DNA of 64,000 nucleotides from Patescibacteria group bacterium (GCA_028288925.1 JAQGHG010000012.1:13762-77761); one strand, 5' to 3'; positions 19,485-29,450 are shown, numbered from the stretch's first letter. Notes: generated by a model from the letters alone, not told the origin. Numbers and translations: made by a program.

Positions 19485-20865
19485 CGCGCTTACGGCGCAT
19501 CAAATACAGCATGCGCGCCGAACCGGTCACGGCCTGTTTCCGCACAATCTCGAAATACCGGCCAAACGCCGCTTCGAAGCCTTCCGGGGTGTAGTCCGGG
19601 AAGATATCCTCGCGCGTCGCCAGTAGCCGTTGCACCTGCGAGTCCGACTTGGGCACAAACTCGATCACCAAGTGCGGCGCCAGGCTCGCGAAATACTCGG
19701 CCACATGCCCCAAGGGGACATTACTCGCGATTGCCAAGTGGTGGATGAGCGCCAACGCCAGCGCCGCGTCAGCCTTGGCCCGCGCCGAAAAACTCTGCCG
19801 CTCATGGTTGGCCCAGCCCAGCGCCGGGCTCGGGTTCGTCAGATCCACCAGCAGCGGAATCAGTTTGGTCTCGTGGCGGGCCTTCATTTGTAAATAATTG
19901 CTCTCCACCGCCAATGGATCGATATCCGAGCTCATCACGAGCGCGCCCTGGCCGGCCGCGATCCGGCTGAATGAGCCGTCGTTCGCGCCCAAGTCGAGCA
20001 CTCGTTTGGGCTTTACCTGAGCCAAAAAGTCACTCACGAGCGAGCGCTTCTGATCCAGCGACGAGTCGCTGTAGTTGGTGTTGTCATAATAATCCCCCCA
20101 CTCCGTCTTGGTCTTGGGCAGCTTGAGCGCCTTCACCGTTCGCTCAAGACTGTCTATCAGGCCCTGGAGTGAAGTGACGTTCATCGCCGCTTTGGGCTTC
20201 TCGGCGGTGCCTTCGTGCTGGCGCTGAAACTTGGCGTGCAAGCTGATATGCGTGGCCATGCCGAAGTTGAGCCGGTCCTTGAGCGGCAGTAGCCTGGCCG
20301 CCAATGGCAAAGGAATGCCGTCGATATGCACCTGCAAGAGCCGCGAAAGTCCCAGATCGACCCGGCTCATCAGCGCTAACGGCGCCAAAAAGTGCTGACA
20401 AAACTGCCGGTAGGCCACCCACGGCTCGCCTTCGCGGTACGGCTCAAATGATAGCGTATCGATGAATACCGGCCGCCCTTCCGCGAACTGGATGTTATAG
20501 GCGCTGGCGTCCCGCAGACTCATGCCGTGCTTCATGGCCAGTTTCTGGATCCGGAGCGTGGTCAGCGCCGCGTCCTTGAGCTGCGAAAATGCCCATTCGT
20601 AGGGATACGTCACCCAGTCCAATAGCTCCGGCTTCAACACTACCACGGCGCCGTCGCCCGCGGGCTCTCCGGCCTCCTCGTGCTTCACCAGTAGGCCGCG
20701 CTGTGTCAGCGCTTCGTACAGGCCGCCCGTCATGAGCTTCCGGTAAGCCTCCCCACCCGCTTCGTTTACCTGGCGGTAAATCTGGCCGTTCTTCCAAAAC
20801 ACAAAGCCCCAGTCATCCCGAAACGATGAACTGTCGCGACCGCCCGCCGGGCTATTCAATGTCAT
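19474..20865 (-). CDS. NoeA-like protein: kinase-like N-terminal domain plus class I SAM methyltransferase
   Basis: SFRD, YPYEW, LRDASAYNIQF, FIDTLSF; C-terminal VLDLGANDG, LALIHHL. Confidence 0.82.
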   Translation of the reverse strand: MTLNSPAGGRDSSSFRDDWGFVFWKNGQIYRQVNEAGGEAYRKLMTGGLYEALTQRGLLVKHEEAGEPAGDGAVVVLKPELLDWVTYPYEWAFSQLKDAALTTLRIQKLAMKHGMSLRDASAYNIQFAEGRPVFIDTLSFEPYREGEPWVAYRQFCQHFLAPLALMSRVDLGLSRLLQVHIDGIPLPLAARLLPLKDRLNFGMATHISLHAKFQRQHEGTAEKPKAAMNVTSLQGLIDSLERTVKALKLPKTKTEWGDYYDNTNYSDSSLDQKRSLVSDFLAQVKPKRVLDLGANDGSFSRIAAGQGALVMSSDIDPLAVESNYLQMKARHETKLIPLLVDLTNPSPALGWANHERQSFSARAKADAALALALIHHLAIASNVPLGHVAEYFASLAPHLVIEFVPKSDSQVQRLLATREDIFPDYTPEGFEAAFGRYFEIVRKQAVTGSARMLYLMRRKRDEV

Positions 20866-21016
20866 TAGGTTTTCCAGGCCGTGGCTTCCTGAACTTACTA
20901 ATGAATCCTTTTACATGGTTGCGCACCATGAACGACACGCCCATCACCGCGCCAACCGCCGCCTGCAGTGCGAAACTCCCGGTGCTGGGGTCCACGTAGG
21001 CTATAAACCTTATCAT
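20852..21016 (-). CDS. 54-aa single-TM peptide with YVDPSTGS motif (below ORF-track cutoff)
   Basis: MIRFIAYVDPSTGSFALQAAVGAVMGVSFMVRNHVKGFISKFRKPRPGKPNDIE; GAAGGAG RBS; overlaps the start of the downstream gene. Confidence 0.8.
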   Translation of the reverse strand: MIRFIAYVDPSTGSFALQAAVGAVMGVSFMVRNHVKGFISKFRKPRPGKPNDIE

Positions 21017-21529
21017 TCCAAAACTCCTTCTAGCATTACACTCAATATATAATCATTACTCTTAAAATAAGCTGAAGACTTTCCATCTTCAGCTTCCGAG
21101 TATGCGATACGCTCAATTATAACGCTACCACGTGAGATCATGGAATCTGTTTTAAGAATCGAGATTTTTATGGCAGCTCCACATTTTATGCGATTCGACG
21201 ATCAGACGATCAGCAAGGGGGATGTTGGACCCGTTACGCACCAAATCGTCACAGCCTTCAGCGCCCTCATTCAATAACAATAGGCAATACTTACAATAAC
21301 TCGCTCCCGTCCGGCCCCGCAGTCGACGAATTGACCAAAGGTATCGTGTGCTCAGGCTCATACAATACCCTCATGGCGATATAAACGGAATCTCATGATT
21401 AGGGTGGAGATATCCATCCAAAAACGACCAAAACGCTATTGGTCACAGCTTACTTATGTTTCCGAACATGAGAGCTTTTGTTTATGAATATAAATCTGTA
21501 TCATAGTTAGTGACAACGAAGGGACAACA

Positions 21530-21931
21530 GTGTCAAAAATCCTTATCATCGAAGACGATGCCTTGCTCTCCCGCATGTATCAAACCATCTTCAAAACAAC
21601 CGGGTACGAGGTAGATGTCGCGGTCGACGGCGAAGAAGGTCTGGAGAAGACGCGAAAGTTTAACCCCACACTCATCCTTCTCGACATCATGATGCCCAAG
21701 CTCAACGGCTTGGAGGTGCTGGAACGCCTTAAATCTGATCCCGAACTCAAAAAAATCCCGGTGGTCATTCTTACCAACCTAGCCGGCAACAACGATGTCC
21801 AAACCGCTCTCAAACTCGGCGCTGTTCGCTACATCATCAAGAGTGAAAACCGGCCTAAGCAAGTCGAGGAGATTGTGCGCGGCATCCTGGACGGTTACAG
21901 TCGCGGGGACGTACCCCACGCCGCCCAGTAG
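21530..21931 (+). CDS. Single-domain response regulator (REC only)
   Basis: ILIIEDD, LLDIMMP, LTN, YIIKS. Confidence 0.92.
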   Translation: MSKILIIEDDALLSRMYQTIFKTTGYEVDVAVDGEEGLEKTRKFNPTLILLDIMMPKLNGLEVLERLKSDPELKKIPVVILTNLAGNNDVQTALKLGAVRYIIKSENRPKQVEEIVRGILDGYSRGDVPHAAQ

Positions 21932-22028
21932 CTTTCCCTTGCAAATAGTCGCTCCGCCAAGTAAAATTTCCCTTTGAAAGTAACTGCCCTCTTGTAGTGG
22001 TGTTTCCAGCGGACAAGAGAAGGGGAAG

Positions 22029-22754
22029 ATGCTAGACGATAAGGCCCTCTGGCGGGCGTATTCCAAAGTCTACGATGAGCTGCTCAAAGTAATTCCGTAC
22101 CGAAACCTACTGCTCGAAGTCGTTGATCGCGCCAAAATTACTCATAACTCTACCGTTCTCGACGTTTGCAGCGGAACGGGCAATCTTCTGTGGGCGCTCG
22201 ACCAGCGGGGAATAAAATGCCGGGTAACCGGCCTAGACTATTCCAAGCCGATGCTTGCCATCGCCGCCGGCAAAATCCAGACATTCGGCGCTACCGCCGA
22301 CTTTCGCCAAGTAGACGTGAATGAGCCTCTAAGCTCCCGAAAGATCCCGGAGAAGTTCGACCGGATCATCCTTAATAATTGTCTTTTTATCGTTGATAAG
22401 CCCGCCGGCCTCCTGGCCAACCTAGCAAACGTGGGACAGCCCGGAGCAGTCCTGGTGGCGACACTGCCCCGGCCGAACCCCAGCGTTCATGAAATCCTCG
22501 AGGAACACCTCTGGCTGGCCGAGGCCGGCGGGCAAAAGCGCGAGGCGGCCCTGCAATACCTCATGCCCCTCCTTCAGCCCCTCTTCAAAATCAACAAAAC
22601 CCTGCTCGAGCGCTACGGCGCGAACGGGCACTTCCCCAGCGAGACCGGCCTTCGCGAGTGGTTCAGCCAGTCCGGCTGGGAAATAAAAGAACTCCGCACC
22701 ACCTACGCCAACCAAAACTGGCTAATTATAGCCGAGAAGCCCACAACGTCTTAA
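22029..22754 (+). CDS. Class I SAM-dependent methyltransferase
   Basis: VLDVCSGTG, TGLDYSKPML, FDRII. Confidence 0.88.
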   Translation: MLDDKALWRAYSKVYDELLKVIPYRNLLLEVVDRAKITHNSTVLDVCSGTGNLLWALDQRGIKCRVTGLDYSKPMLAIAAGKIQTFGATADFRQVDVNEPLSSRKIPEKFDRIILNNCLFIVDKPAGLLANLANVGQPGAVLVATLPRPNPSVHEILEEHLWLAEAGGQKREAALQYLMPLLQPLFKINKTLLERYGANGHFPSETGLREWFSQSGWEIKELRTTYANQNWLIIAEKPTTS

Positions 22755-22815
22755 AATAAAAGTGGCAGAAAACGTTTCTGCTGGTTGACATCAAAGATGG
22801 ACTGGGAGGGATGCC

Positions 22816-23553
22816 ATGATCACCCGCGGCGTCGACACCACCACAGCCACCGAGGCAGAGACCTGGGCTGGCTACGCGCAAGAGTATTCCAAGCTCAGGT
22901 CGCTCGATCCGTACATGATGCACGCCAGCCAGGTAGTCGACATGGCGTGCATCGAGGAAACGAGCCGGGTCCTCATCCCGTTCTGTGGCGGAGGTATCGA
23001 ACTCGACACGCTACAGAGGCGCGGGTTCAGACCCCGCGACGTGATCGGCCTGGACGGCTCGCGGCCCATGCTGAGCCTGGTCGGCTCGGATTACGGCTTC
23101 CCCGTGGAGCTCATTCAGGCCGACCTCAACGAGCCGCACGCCAAGTGGGGCATCAGGTGCGAGCCCGATCGCTTCATCTGTAGCAATGGCCTCTACGCTC
23201 TCAGGGATCCCGCGGCCTTCCTGGGAAGGCTGGCCGCACTGGCGGCGCCCGGCGCCATCCTGGTAGTGTCGACACCCAAGCCCGACCCCGACCCCTTCGC
23301 TGTGCTCAGGGAGCACCTGGATGGGGTGAGGCTCAGAGGCGGCGACCCCGACGCCGAAAAGGCGCGCCTGCTGGACCTTTTCGGCGCGGTCCTCGCCTGG
23401 AACGAGCGTCTCCGGGAGCTGTACGGGCTCGGATATCAGCCCGACAAGGATGAACTCTACCGGCTGTTCGACGCCTCGCCCTGGGAGATCCAGTGGTACA
23501 GCGAGGCCTACGCCGGCCAGAACCACGCCATCAGGGCCGTACTCCAAACGTAG
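22816..23553 (+). CDS. Class I SAM-dependent methyltransferase, paralogue of the upstream gene
   Basis: LIPFCGGG, IGLDGSRPML, QADLNEP, PGAILVVSTP, YAGQN; GGGAGG RBS. Confidence 0.78.
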   Translation: MITRGVDTTTATEAETWAGYAQEYSKLRSLDPYMMHASQVVDMACIEETSRVLIPFCGGGIELDTLQRRGFRPRDVIGLDGSRPMLSLVGSDYGFPVELIQADLNEPHAKWGIRCEPDRFICSNGLYALRDPAAFLGRLAALAAPGAILVVSTPKPDPDPFAVLREHLDGVRLRGGDPDAEKARLLDLFGAVLAWNERLRELYGLGYQPDKDELYRLFDASPWEIQWYSEAYAGQNHAIRAVLQT

Positions 23554-23575
23554 CCCGAAAAGAGGCATCAGTAAG

Positions 23576-24328
23576 ATGAGCAAGAAGATCCGGATCCTGA
23601 AGGGTTATGGGGCTAAAAAGACAAGCCTCAAGATCCGCCACGAGATCTTCTGCGTGGGTCACGATGGTCTTCCGCCTCTGATGGAATGCCCCGTGCCCGG
23701 TACACCCGGCGCTCCCCATGATCCCTTCGACCGCCCCACCGGCACGAGTTTCTACGCCGCTATATGCGGCGCACAGGGACTGGCCACGGCGCGAGTGATC
23801 CGCGGCCCCGACACACCGGTCTCTGAGGTGTATCGCAAGCTGGGCCTGAGTCCACCCGTTCCCTTCGACGAAGTAGAAGAGCCCTCGAAGTATGGGGTAA
23901 ACCCGGACATCGAAGACAAGCGGCTGAGCCGGGAGGGCTTCCTCCGGCTGGTCGGCGCTACCTTGGTGGACGCCCAGTGCAAGTGGTGGGTCATCGCAGC
24001 GCTGCCTGGTCTGGCGTACTCCCTCAGCTGGATGCCGTGGGAGATCCACGCAACCATCAACTGGCCGGCTCCGGCTGGAGGACCGCAGCAGCTCAGTCCG
24101 GTTTTCTTGCTCCACCTGCCCATCTGGGAAGTTGGGCCCGCTACCAAGATTCTCAAACCCGAGCTCTACGACCTGATGTTCCCCAACGGGGAGCCGCAGG
24201 TCGGCGGAGGCAGGGTCAGGCCGGAGGAGGAGCTCGCCGAGCTGAGGGCTCACAACCTTCACAGGCTCAAGGTCGACTTGGCCGCCTGGAAGGCAGACAC
24301 GCTCAACGCACCGAGAGTTCCTGCTTAG
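23576..24328 (+). CDS. LuxI/FeeM-like (N-acyl amino acid synthase) GNAT-fold acyltransferase
   Basis: IRHEIF, DPFD, ATARVI and EPSKYGV in the order of the RxxxF / DxxD / R / ExSR motifs; C-terminal PELYDLMF. Confidence 0.65.
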   Translation: MSKKIRILKGYGAKKTSLKIRHEIFCVGHDGLPPLMECPVPGTPGAPHDPFDRPTGTSFYAAICGAQGLATARVIRGPDTPVSEVYRKLGLSPPVPFDEVEEPSKYGVNPDIEDKRLSREGFLRLVGATLVDAQCKWWVIAALPGLAYSLSWMPWEIHATINWPAPAGGPQQLSPVFLLHLPIWEVGPATKILKPELYDLMFPNGEPQVGGGRVRPEEELAELRAHNLHRLKVDLAAWKADTLNAPRVPA

Positions 24329-24347
24329 GCGGGCTTAGTGGCCCACA

Positions 24348-24378
24348 GAGGCCGCCGGGAGCACTCCCCGGCGGCCTC
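24348..24378. terminator. GC-rich hairpin between the enzyme cassette and the kinase
   Basis: GAGGCCGCCGGG-N7-CCCGGCGGCCTC; no U-tract on the + strand. Confidence 0.45.
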
Positions 24379-24416
24379 AAAACCCCGTTTAGGCCCATGA
24401 TATAGTAACCACAAGC

Positions 24417-26579
24417 ATGATGTATTACTTAGCTCTCTTATCGCTAATGATTGTCGTCACCGCCGACGCCCTCCTGGGACTTGTCGTATGGCTGCAGGCC
24501 CCGCGCCGCCGGTTAAACCGCATATTTGCCCTCCTCACCGCCTCCTTTATGCTCTGGAGCGCGACCAGCTTCTATGATCAGACCGCGGCCGGACCCGAGA
24601 AGCTATCCCTCCTGATGGCCAATATTCCTTTTGTATTCGCGGCCTCCATCTCACTCTTTATGGTTTTATTCTCGCTCTACTTTCCGGAAAACCATCCGAG
24701 CTCCAACATCACCAGGACAAGAGTCACCTGGGGCCTGGCCTTCACTACACCGCCGCTCCTTGTCATGGCCTTTACTAACCTTCTGGTGTCGGGCACCACT
24801 AGCTCGCCCACGCTAGGCAACAACATTGTCCCTGGACCGCTACTGGGTGTATTCTCAATCTATTTCTTGGGCTGGTTAGGATTCGCGTTAGGCAATCTCT
24901 TCTACAAATTTCGTAAAGCCCGAAGTTCGGCCGATCGTTTGCAGCTCAACTATGTCTTTCTGGGCTTCATGCTTACCACGGTCATAGCGTTCACCACCAA
25001 TGTAATCGTTCCTGTGGCCACGCGTAACCCGACTCTAGTACGCTTCGGATTCCTCTCTACGCTCTTTCTCATTGGCTTCATCGGGTATACCATCGCCGCT
25101 CACCGGCTCTTTAATATCCGGCTGTTGGTAGCCCGCTCGGTAGCCTACATTCTCTTGCTCTCCACGCTCACCGCCGTTTACGGTACGGGAATATTTGCGG
25201 TCAGCCGGCTCCTGTTCCCCGATACTGCCATTACCACCGTGGAAAGCAGCCTGTTTGTGGCTCTGGCTATCCTCATCGCCATCACTTACCAGCCGCTACG
25301 CCGGTTCTTCGAAAAAACCACCGACCGCGCGTTCTTCCGCGACCATTACGATGCCCAAATTGTGCTCGACCAGACCGGCAGCATTTTAGCCTCCGAGCTA
25401 TTATTGAAACCCCTGCTCTCCAAGGCTCTTGAGCAAATCTGCCGGCCCATGCGCCTAAGGAACGGACAATTCCTCGTGCTTGACCACGACAAGCTCTACA
25501 CGCGAACCCATTACGGTCCATTGCTCAAGGACGACGTCACGACCGAGCTCATGCAGCGCCTCAAGCAGCCGCTCATCGTCACCGACGAGCTCCAGCCGGG
25601 AGAGCTCAAGGATGCCCTGGGGCGCCTGGGTATCCGCGTCTCGCTGGTGCTCAAGACTCACGATGAACTAGTCGGATATCTATTTCTGGGGGACAAACTC
25701 AGTGGGGAAATCTATTCAAACCAAGATTTGGCCTTGCTCGAAATCCTCCGCAAAGAGCTGGCCGTAGCTATCGCCAATGCCAAAGCTTACGAGGAAATCG
25801 CCCGCTTCAATATGACACTCCAAGAACGTATCAAGCAGGCTACGGCCCGCCTCAGCTCGGCCAACCGCAACCTCAAGGTGCTCGACAAAGCCAAAGACGA
25901 CTTCATCTCCATGGCCTCGCACCAGCTGGGCACGCCGCTGACCGCCATCACCGGTTACCTCTCCATGTCTCTCGACGAAGACAAAGACAATATGACCATT
26001 GCCCAGCGCGAGTACATCACCTTCGCGCTCGAGGCTTCCGAGCGGATGGTGGCCATGTCCGGTGATCTCCTAAATGTATCGCGCCTGAGCTCCGGCCGCT
26101 TCACGATACAGCGCCAACAAGTCGACTTGAACCATCTGGCCGAGCAAGAGGTAAAACTACTTCAGGCGGCGGCCAAGCGCAAAAACCTCACCCTCACCTT
26201 TACCCCCAGCCCCGGCCTCCCCCAGCTCGACATCGACGAGAGCAAGACTCGCCAGGTCATCATGAATTACGTCGACAATGCCATTTATTACACGCCCAGC
26301 GGCAGCATTCACGTAGAGGTGAAGCAAGAAAACGGCTGGGCCGTCTTTACCGTCACCGACACCGGTATGGGCGTGCCGGAGGCCGAACAGGCCAAGCTGT
26401 TTGCCAAGTTCTACCGCGCCGAAAACGCCCGGGCCTCCCGCCCCGACGGCACCGGCCTCGGCCTCTACCTGGCCAAACGCGTTATCGAGGAGCACGGCGG
26501 CGCCATTATCTTCGCCTCCAAAGCCGGCAAGGGGAGTACCTTCGGTTTTAGCCTACCGCTCAAGGCCAACGCCCCGTAG
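24417..26579 (+). CDS. HisKA_7TM-type membrane sensor, GAF domain and histidine kinase
   Basis: Multi-TM N-terminus, HRLFNI, GYLFLGDKLSGEIYS (GAF), ASHQLGTPL, DNAIYY, DGTGLGL. Confidence 0.92.
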   Translation: MMYYLALLSLMIVVTADALLGLVVWLQAPRRRLNRIFALLTASFMLWSATSFYDQTAAGPEKLSLLMANIPFVFAASISLFMVLFSLYFPENHPSSNITRTRVTWGLAFTTPPLLVMAFTNLLVSGTTSSPTLGNNIVPGPLLGVFSIYFLGWLGFALGNLFYKFRKARSSADRLQLNYVFLGFMLTTVIAFTTNVIVPVATRNPTLVRFGFLSTLFLIGFIGYTIAAHRLFNIRLLVARSVAYILLLSTLTAVYGTGIFAVSRLLFPDTAITTVESSLFVALAILIAITYQPLRRFFEKTTDRAFFRDHYDAQIVLDQTGSILASELLLKPLLSKALEQICRPMRLRNGQFLVLDHDKLYTRTHYGPLLKDDVTTELMQRLKQPLIVTDELQPGELKDALGRLGIRVSLVLKTHDELVGYLFLGDKLSGEIYSNQDLALLEILRKELAVAIANAKAYEEIARFNMTLQERIKQATARLSSANRNLKVLDKAKDDFISMASHQLGTPLTAITGYLSMSLDEDKDNMTIAQREYITFALEASERMVAMSGDLLNVSRLSSGRFTIQRQQVDLNHLAEQEVKLLQAAAKRKNLTLTFTPSPGLPQLDIDESKTRQVIMNYVDNAIYYTPSGSIHVEVKQENGWAVFTVTDTGMGVPEAEQAKLFAKFYRAENARASRPDGTGLGLYLAKRVIEEHGGAIIFASKAGKGSTFGFSLPLKANAP

Positions 26580-26580
26580 G

Positions 26581-26656
26581 TACGGGTGGCAGCCCAGGAA
26601 GAAGGGTAACGTTCGCCGGCCAGAGAAGGAATATTCCGCGGCTGCCAAGACCCGTA
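26581..26656 (+). repeat. Structured repeat copy B (internal deletion)
   Basis: TACGGGTGGCAGCCCAGGAA...GGTAACGTTCG...TATTCCGCGGCTGCCAAGACCCGTA immediately after the kinase stop. Confidence 0.8.
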
Positions 26657-26683
26657 ATCCCGAAGTTAAGCTATACTAAAGCT

Positions 26684-27544
26684 ATGACACCCGAAGAAGC
26701 CCTCGAACTCATCAACGCCTCCGAACATACCACCTACACGCTCAATGCCCGCTACTCCGGTGGCGAAGACCAGGGAGCCTTCCAAGTAATAGGCGGTGAC
26801 GGCGCCCCCGCTGTACTCAAGACGAGCCGCAATCCCCAGTGGATCAGCCAAATCCAGCGTGCCCAAGCCGCCGGTAAGCACCTCGCCACGCTCAACTACC
26901 CCGCTCCCACCTACACCGTCGTCGGCTCCACCGACCGCGGCACCTATTGGCTCGAAAACGAAATGCCGGGCGGACCTGCCATCGGCGCGCCGACTGCCGG
27001 GCAAATCACCGACCTGCTGCGCCTCATCGAACTCCAAAAAGGCCAGCTCATCTCCGAAGTCCAAGGCCAGGACTGGTGTTGGTACCTCGCCAACGTCGTC
27101 TTCCGTGGCGAAGACGGCCACGTGCGCGTACTCATGAAATTCTCGCCGCAGACCTCCGCCCTCGTGGCAAGCATCGAAGGCCTAGTGGCCGGCCTCGACG
27201 GCAAAATCCTACCCAAAACCGACCTCGTCCACGGCGAGATGGGCATCGGGCAGGTGCTCTTCACAGGCCAGAGCGTCTCGGCCGTGCTCGACTGGGACCA
27301 GGTCGGCTACGGCGACCGTACCATTGACCTGGTCGGGCTGTGGTACTCGCTCATCGACGCGCCCGAGCCGCGCGACCTCGTTATGAAGCAGCTCCTGGCG
27401 ATCTCCGATCCCCAGGCCATCAAAATCTGCGCCGCCGCCAAGATGCTTGCCGTAGTCGCCTGGCACATCAACAAAGTCGGCGGCGATGTGGACGCGGTGG
27501 TGGCACAATCCAGCACCGCCATCGAGCTACTCCGCCAGATCTAA
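26684..27544 (+). CDS. APH/choline-kinase-like phosphotransferase
   Basis: AVLK, LVHGEMGIGQVL, VLDWD, GDRTIDL. Confidence 0.75.
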   Translation: MTPEEALELINASEHTTYTLNARYSGGEDQGAFQVIGGDGAPAVLKTSRNPQWISQIQRAQAAGKHLATLNYPAPTYTVVGSTDRGTYWLENEMPGGPAIGAPTAGQITDLLRLIELQKGQLISEVQGQDWCWYLANVVFRGEDGHVRVLMKFSPQTSALVASIEGLVAGLDGKILPKTDLVHGEMGIGQVLFTGQSVSAVLDWDQVGYGDRTIDLVGLWYSLIDAPEPRDLVMKQLLAISDPQAIKICAAAKMLAVVAWHINKVGGDVDAVVAQSSTAIELLRQI

Positions 27545-27655
27545 TCTCCGCCGCGCTAGCCCGATTCCCACCGGCACCAACCCCACGTACATCAGCCCCG
27601 ACGGCGACACCAAATGTGACCCAGCAACACCATGGCAAACATCCTCCCGGAACCG

Positions 27656-28522
27656 TTATGGCAATAATATATCAATCGAAATCATCGCGCTGAACCCGAG
27701 CAGTACGATCAGCGAAAACCGAAAGAGCCCCCGCGCCCACACCGCGTCGTCCTTGGCGCGGAAGCCTTTTATGGCTCGCTGTAGCCACATCGCACTCAGC
27801 ACCAGCATTACCGCCAGGTAGGTATAGCCGGTGTAGCCGGCCACCGTCAGCGCCGCCACCGCCGCCATGAAGGCCACGATATACACCAAGATCTGAATCT
27901 TCGCGGCGCGCGGGCCGTACTTCACCGGCAGCACCGGCAAGCCCGCCGCCGTGTAATCCTTGAGCCGGTACATGGCGATGGCGTAGAAATGCGGCATCTG
28001 CCACAGGGTCAAAATCACAAACAAGAGCAGCGCGCCGCCGTCAAACTGGCCCGTCACCGCGCAGTAGCCCACCACCGGCGGCACCGCGCCCGAGATGCTG
28101 CCCACCAGCGTCCCGTGCACCGAACGGCGCTTAGCCAGGCCGTAGAGGACCACGTACACCACGAACCCCACCAGCGCCACACCCACCGTCAGCATATTCG
28201 TCCATAGCGCCAACAACCCAAAACCCAGCAAGCCCAGCACGCTCGCGTAAATCAAAGCATTACGCCCCGGGATCGAACCCTTCGCCAGCGACCGGTCCTT
28301 GGTCCGGGCCATCTTCCGGTCCAGGCCCCGGTCAATGTAATTATTAAAGACACATGCCCCGGCCATCACCAGCGATATACCCGCCAACATGCCCACCAAT
28401 AGCCCCGCGCTAATATGCCCGCGCGAAGCCAACAAAAACCCGGCCGCCGCCGTAATGGCATTGCCGTAAATAATCCCCGGCTTGGTCAGCCGGTAGTACC
28501 GTTGGATTGTCTTAGGGATCAC
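27656..28522 (-). CDS. cyoE: Heme O synthase (protoheme IX farnesyltransferase)
   Basis: LTKPGI, NNYIDRGLDRKMART, WQMPHFYAI. Confidence 0.95.
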   Translation of the reverse strand: MIPKTIQRYYRLTKPGIIYGNAITAAAGFLLASRGHISAGLLVGMLAGISLVMAGACVFNNYIDRGLDRKMARTKDRSLAKGSIPGRNALIYASVLGLLGFGLLALWTNMLTVGVALVGFVVYVVLYGLAKRRSVHGTLVGSISGAVPPVVGYCAVTGQFDGGALLLFVILTLWQMPHFYAIAMYRLKDYTAAGLPVLPVKYGPRAAKIQILVYIVAFMAAVAALTVAGYTGYTYLAVMLVLSAMWLQRAIKGFRAKDDAVWARGLFRFSLIVLLGFSAMISIDILLP

Positions 28523-28884
28523 TTATGCACACCCTCGTCCTTAATGATGAACGTATCAGTCTTATCCGGCGACATCATGTGGTAGTCCAAATTCTTCATG
28601 ATCCACAGTGAGCCGCCCACCACGATCGTCACCACCATCAGCGCGAACAAAAACACCGTCAGATTCCAGCGCGGCTTCGACTCCCGGCCCAGATGCAGGA
28701 AGAAAAACAATTGCACCATCAGCTGGATTACCGCCAGACCCACCACCGCCCCGATCAGCACGCGGTGCGACAGCCAGGGGTGTTCACCGGGAAGGTGCTG
28801 CGCCACAACAAAATATGCCCCCAGCGTCAGCAGTACCGACAAGACAAACCCCACCACATACGAAGTCCGCGTGCCCGTGTTCAT
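28519..28884 (-). CDS. cyoD: Cytochrome o ubiquinol oxidase subunit IV
   Basis: [30 protein letters not shown]; ATGA overlap with cyoC. Confidence 0.93.
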   Translation of the reverse strand: MNTGTRTSYVVGFVLSVLLTLGAYFVVAQHLPGEHPWLSHRVLIGAVVGLAVIQLMVQLFFFLHLGRESKPRWNLTVFLFALMVVTIVVGGSLWIMKNLDYHMMSPDKTDTFIIKDEGVHK

Positions 28885-29450
28885 ACCTGTATTGCTCCCA
28901 TCAAGTACACAATTGTGAAGATAAAGATCCAGATGACATCCAGGAAGTGCCAAAACAAGCTCAGCAATGTCAGCCGCCGGACCGTAGCGGTCCCCAGGCC
29001 GCGGCGCAGCACCTGGATCATCAGCACGGTCATCCATAGCAGGCCGGTAGCGATATGCAGACCGTGCGTGCCCACCAGCGTAAAGAACGCCGAGAGGAAT
29101 CCGCTGCGTTGCCAGCTATTGCCCTCGGCAGCCAGGTGGGAGAATTCCGTGATCTCCATGGTGAGGAACGCGACGCCCAGCAAGAACGTCAGGCTGAGCC
29201 ACGTCAGCACTTGGTTGCGCTTGCCTTGGTGGGTGGCCAGTATCGCCAGGCCGGCGGTGAAGCTGCTGGTGAGCAGGATCAGCGTCTCGGCCAGTACAAA
29301 CGGCATGCTGAACAGCTCATGAGCGCCCGGTCCGCCAAACGTGTTGTTGTGCAATACCGCGTAAGTCGCGAAGAGGCTCGCGAACAATACGCAGTCGGTC
29401 ATAAGATATATCCAGAAACCCAGTGTTACTTTTGAATCTGGCTCTGTCAC
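28881..29450 (-). CDS. cyoC: Cytochrome o ubiquinol oxidase subunit III
   Basis: [27 protein letters not shown]. Confidence 0.95.
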   Translation of the reverse strand: MTEPDSKVTLGFWIYLMTDCVLFASLFATYAVLHNNTFGGPGAHELFSMPFVLAETLILLTSSFTAGLAILATHQGKRNQVLTWLSLTFLLGVAFLTMEITEFSHLAAEGNSWQRSGFLSAFFTLVGTHGLHIATGLLWMTVLMIQVLRRGLGTATVRRLTLLSLFWHFLDVIWIFIFTIVYLMGAIQV

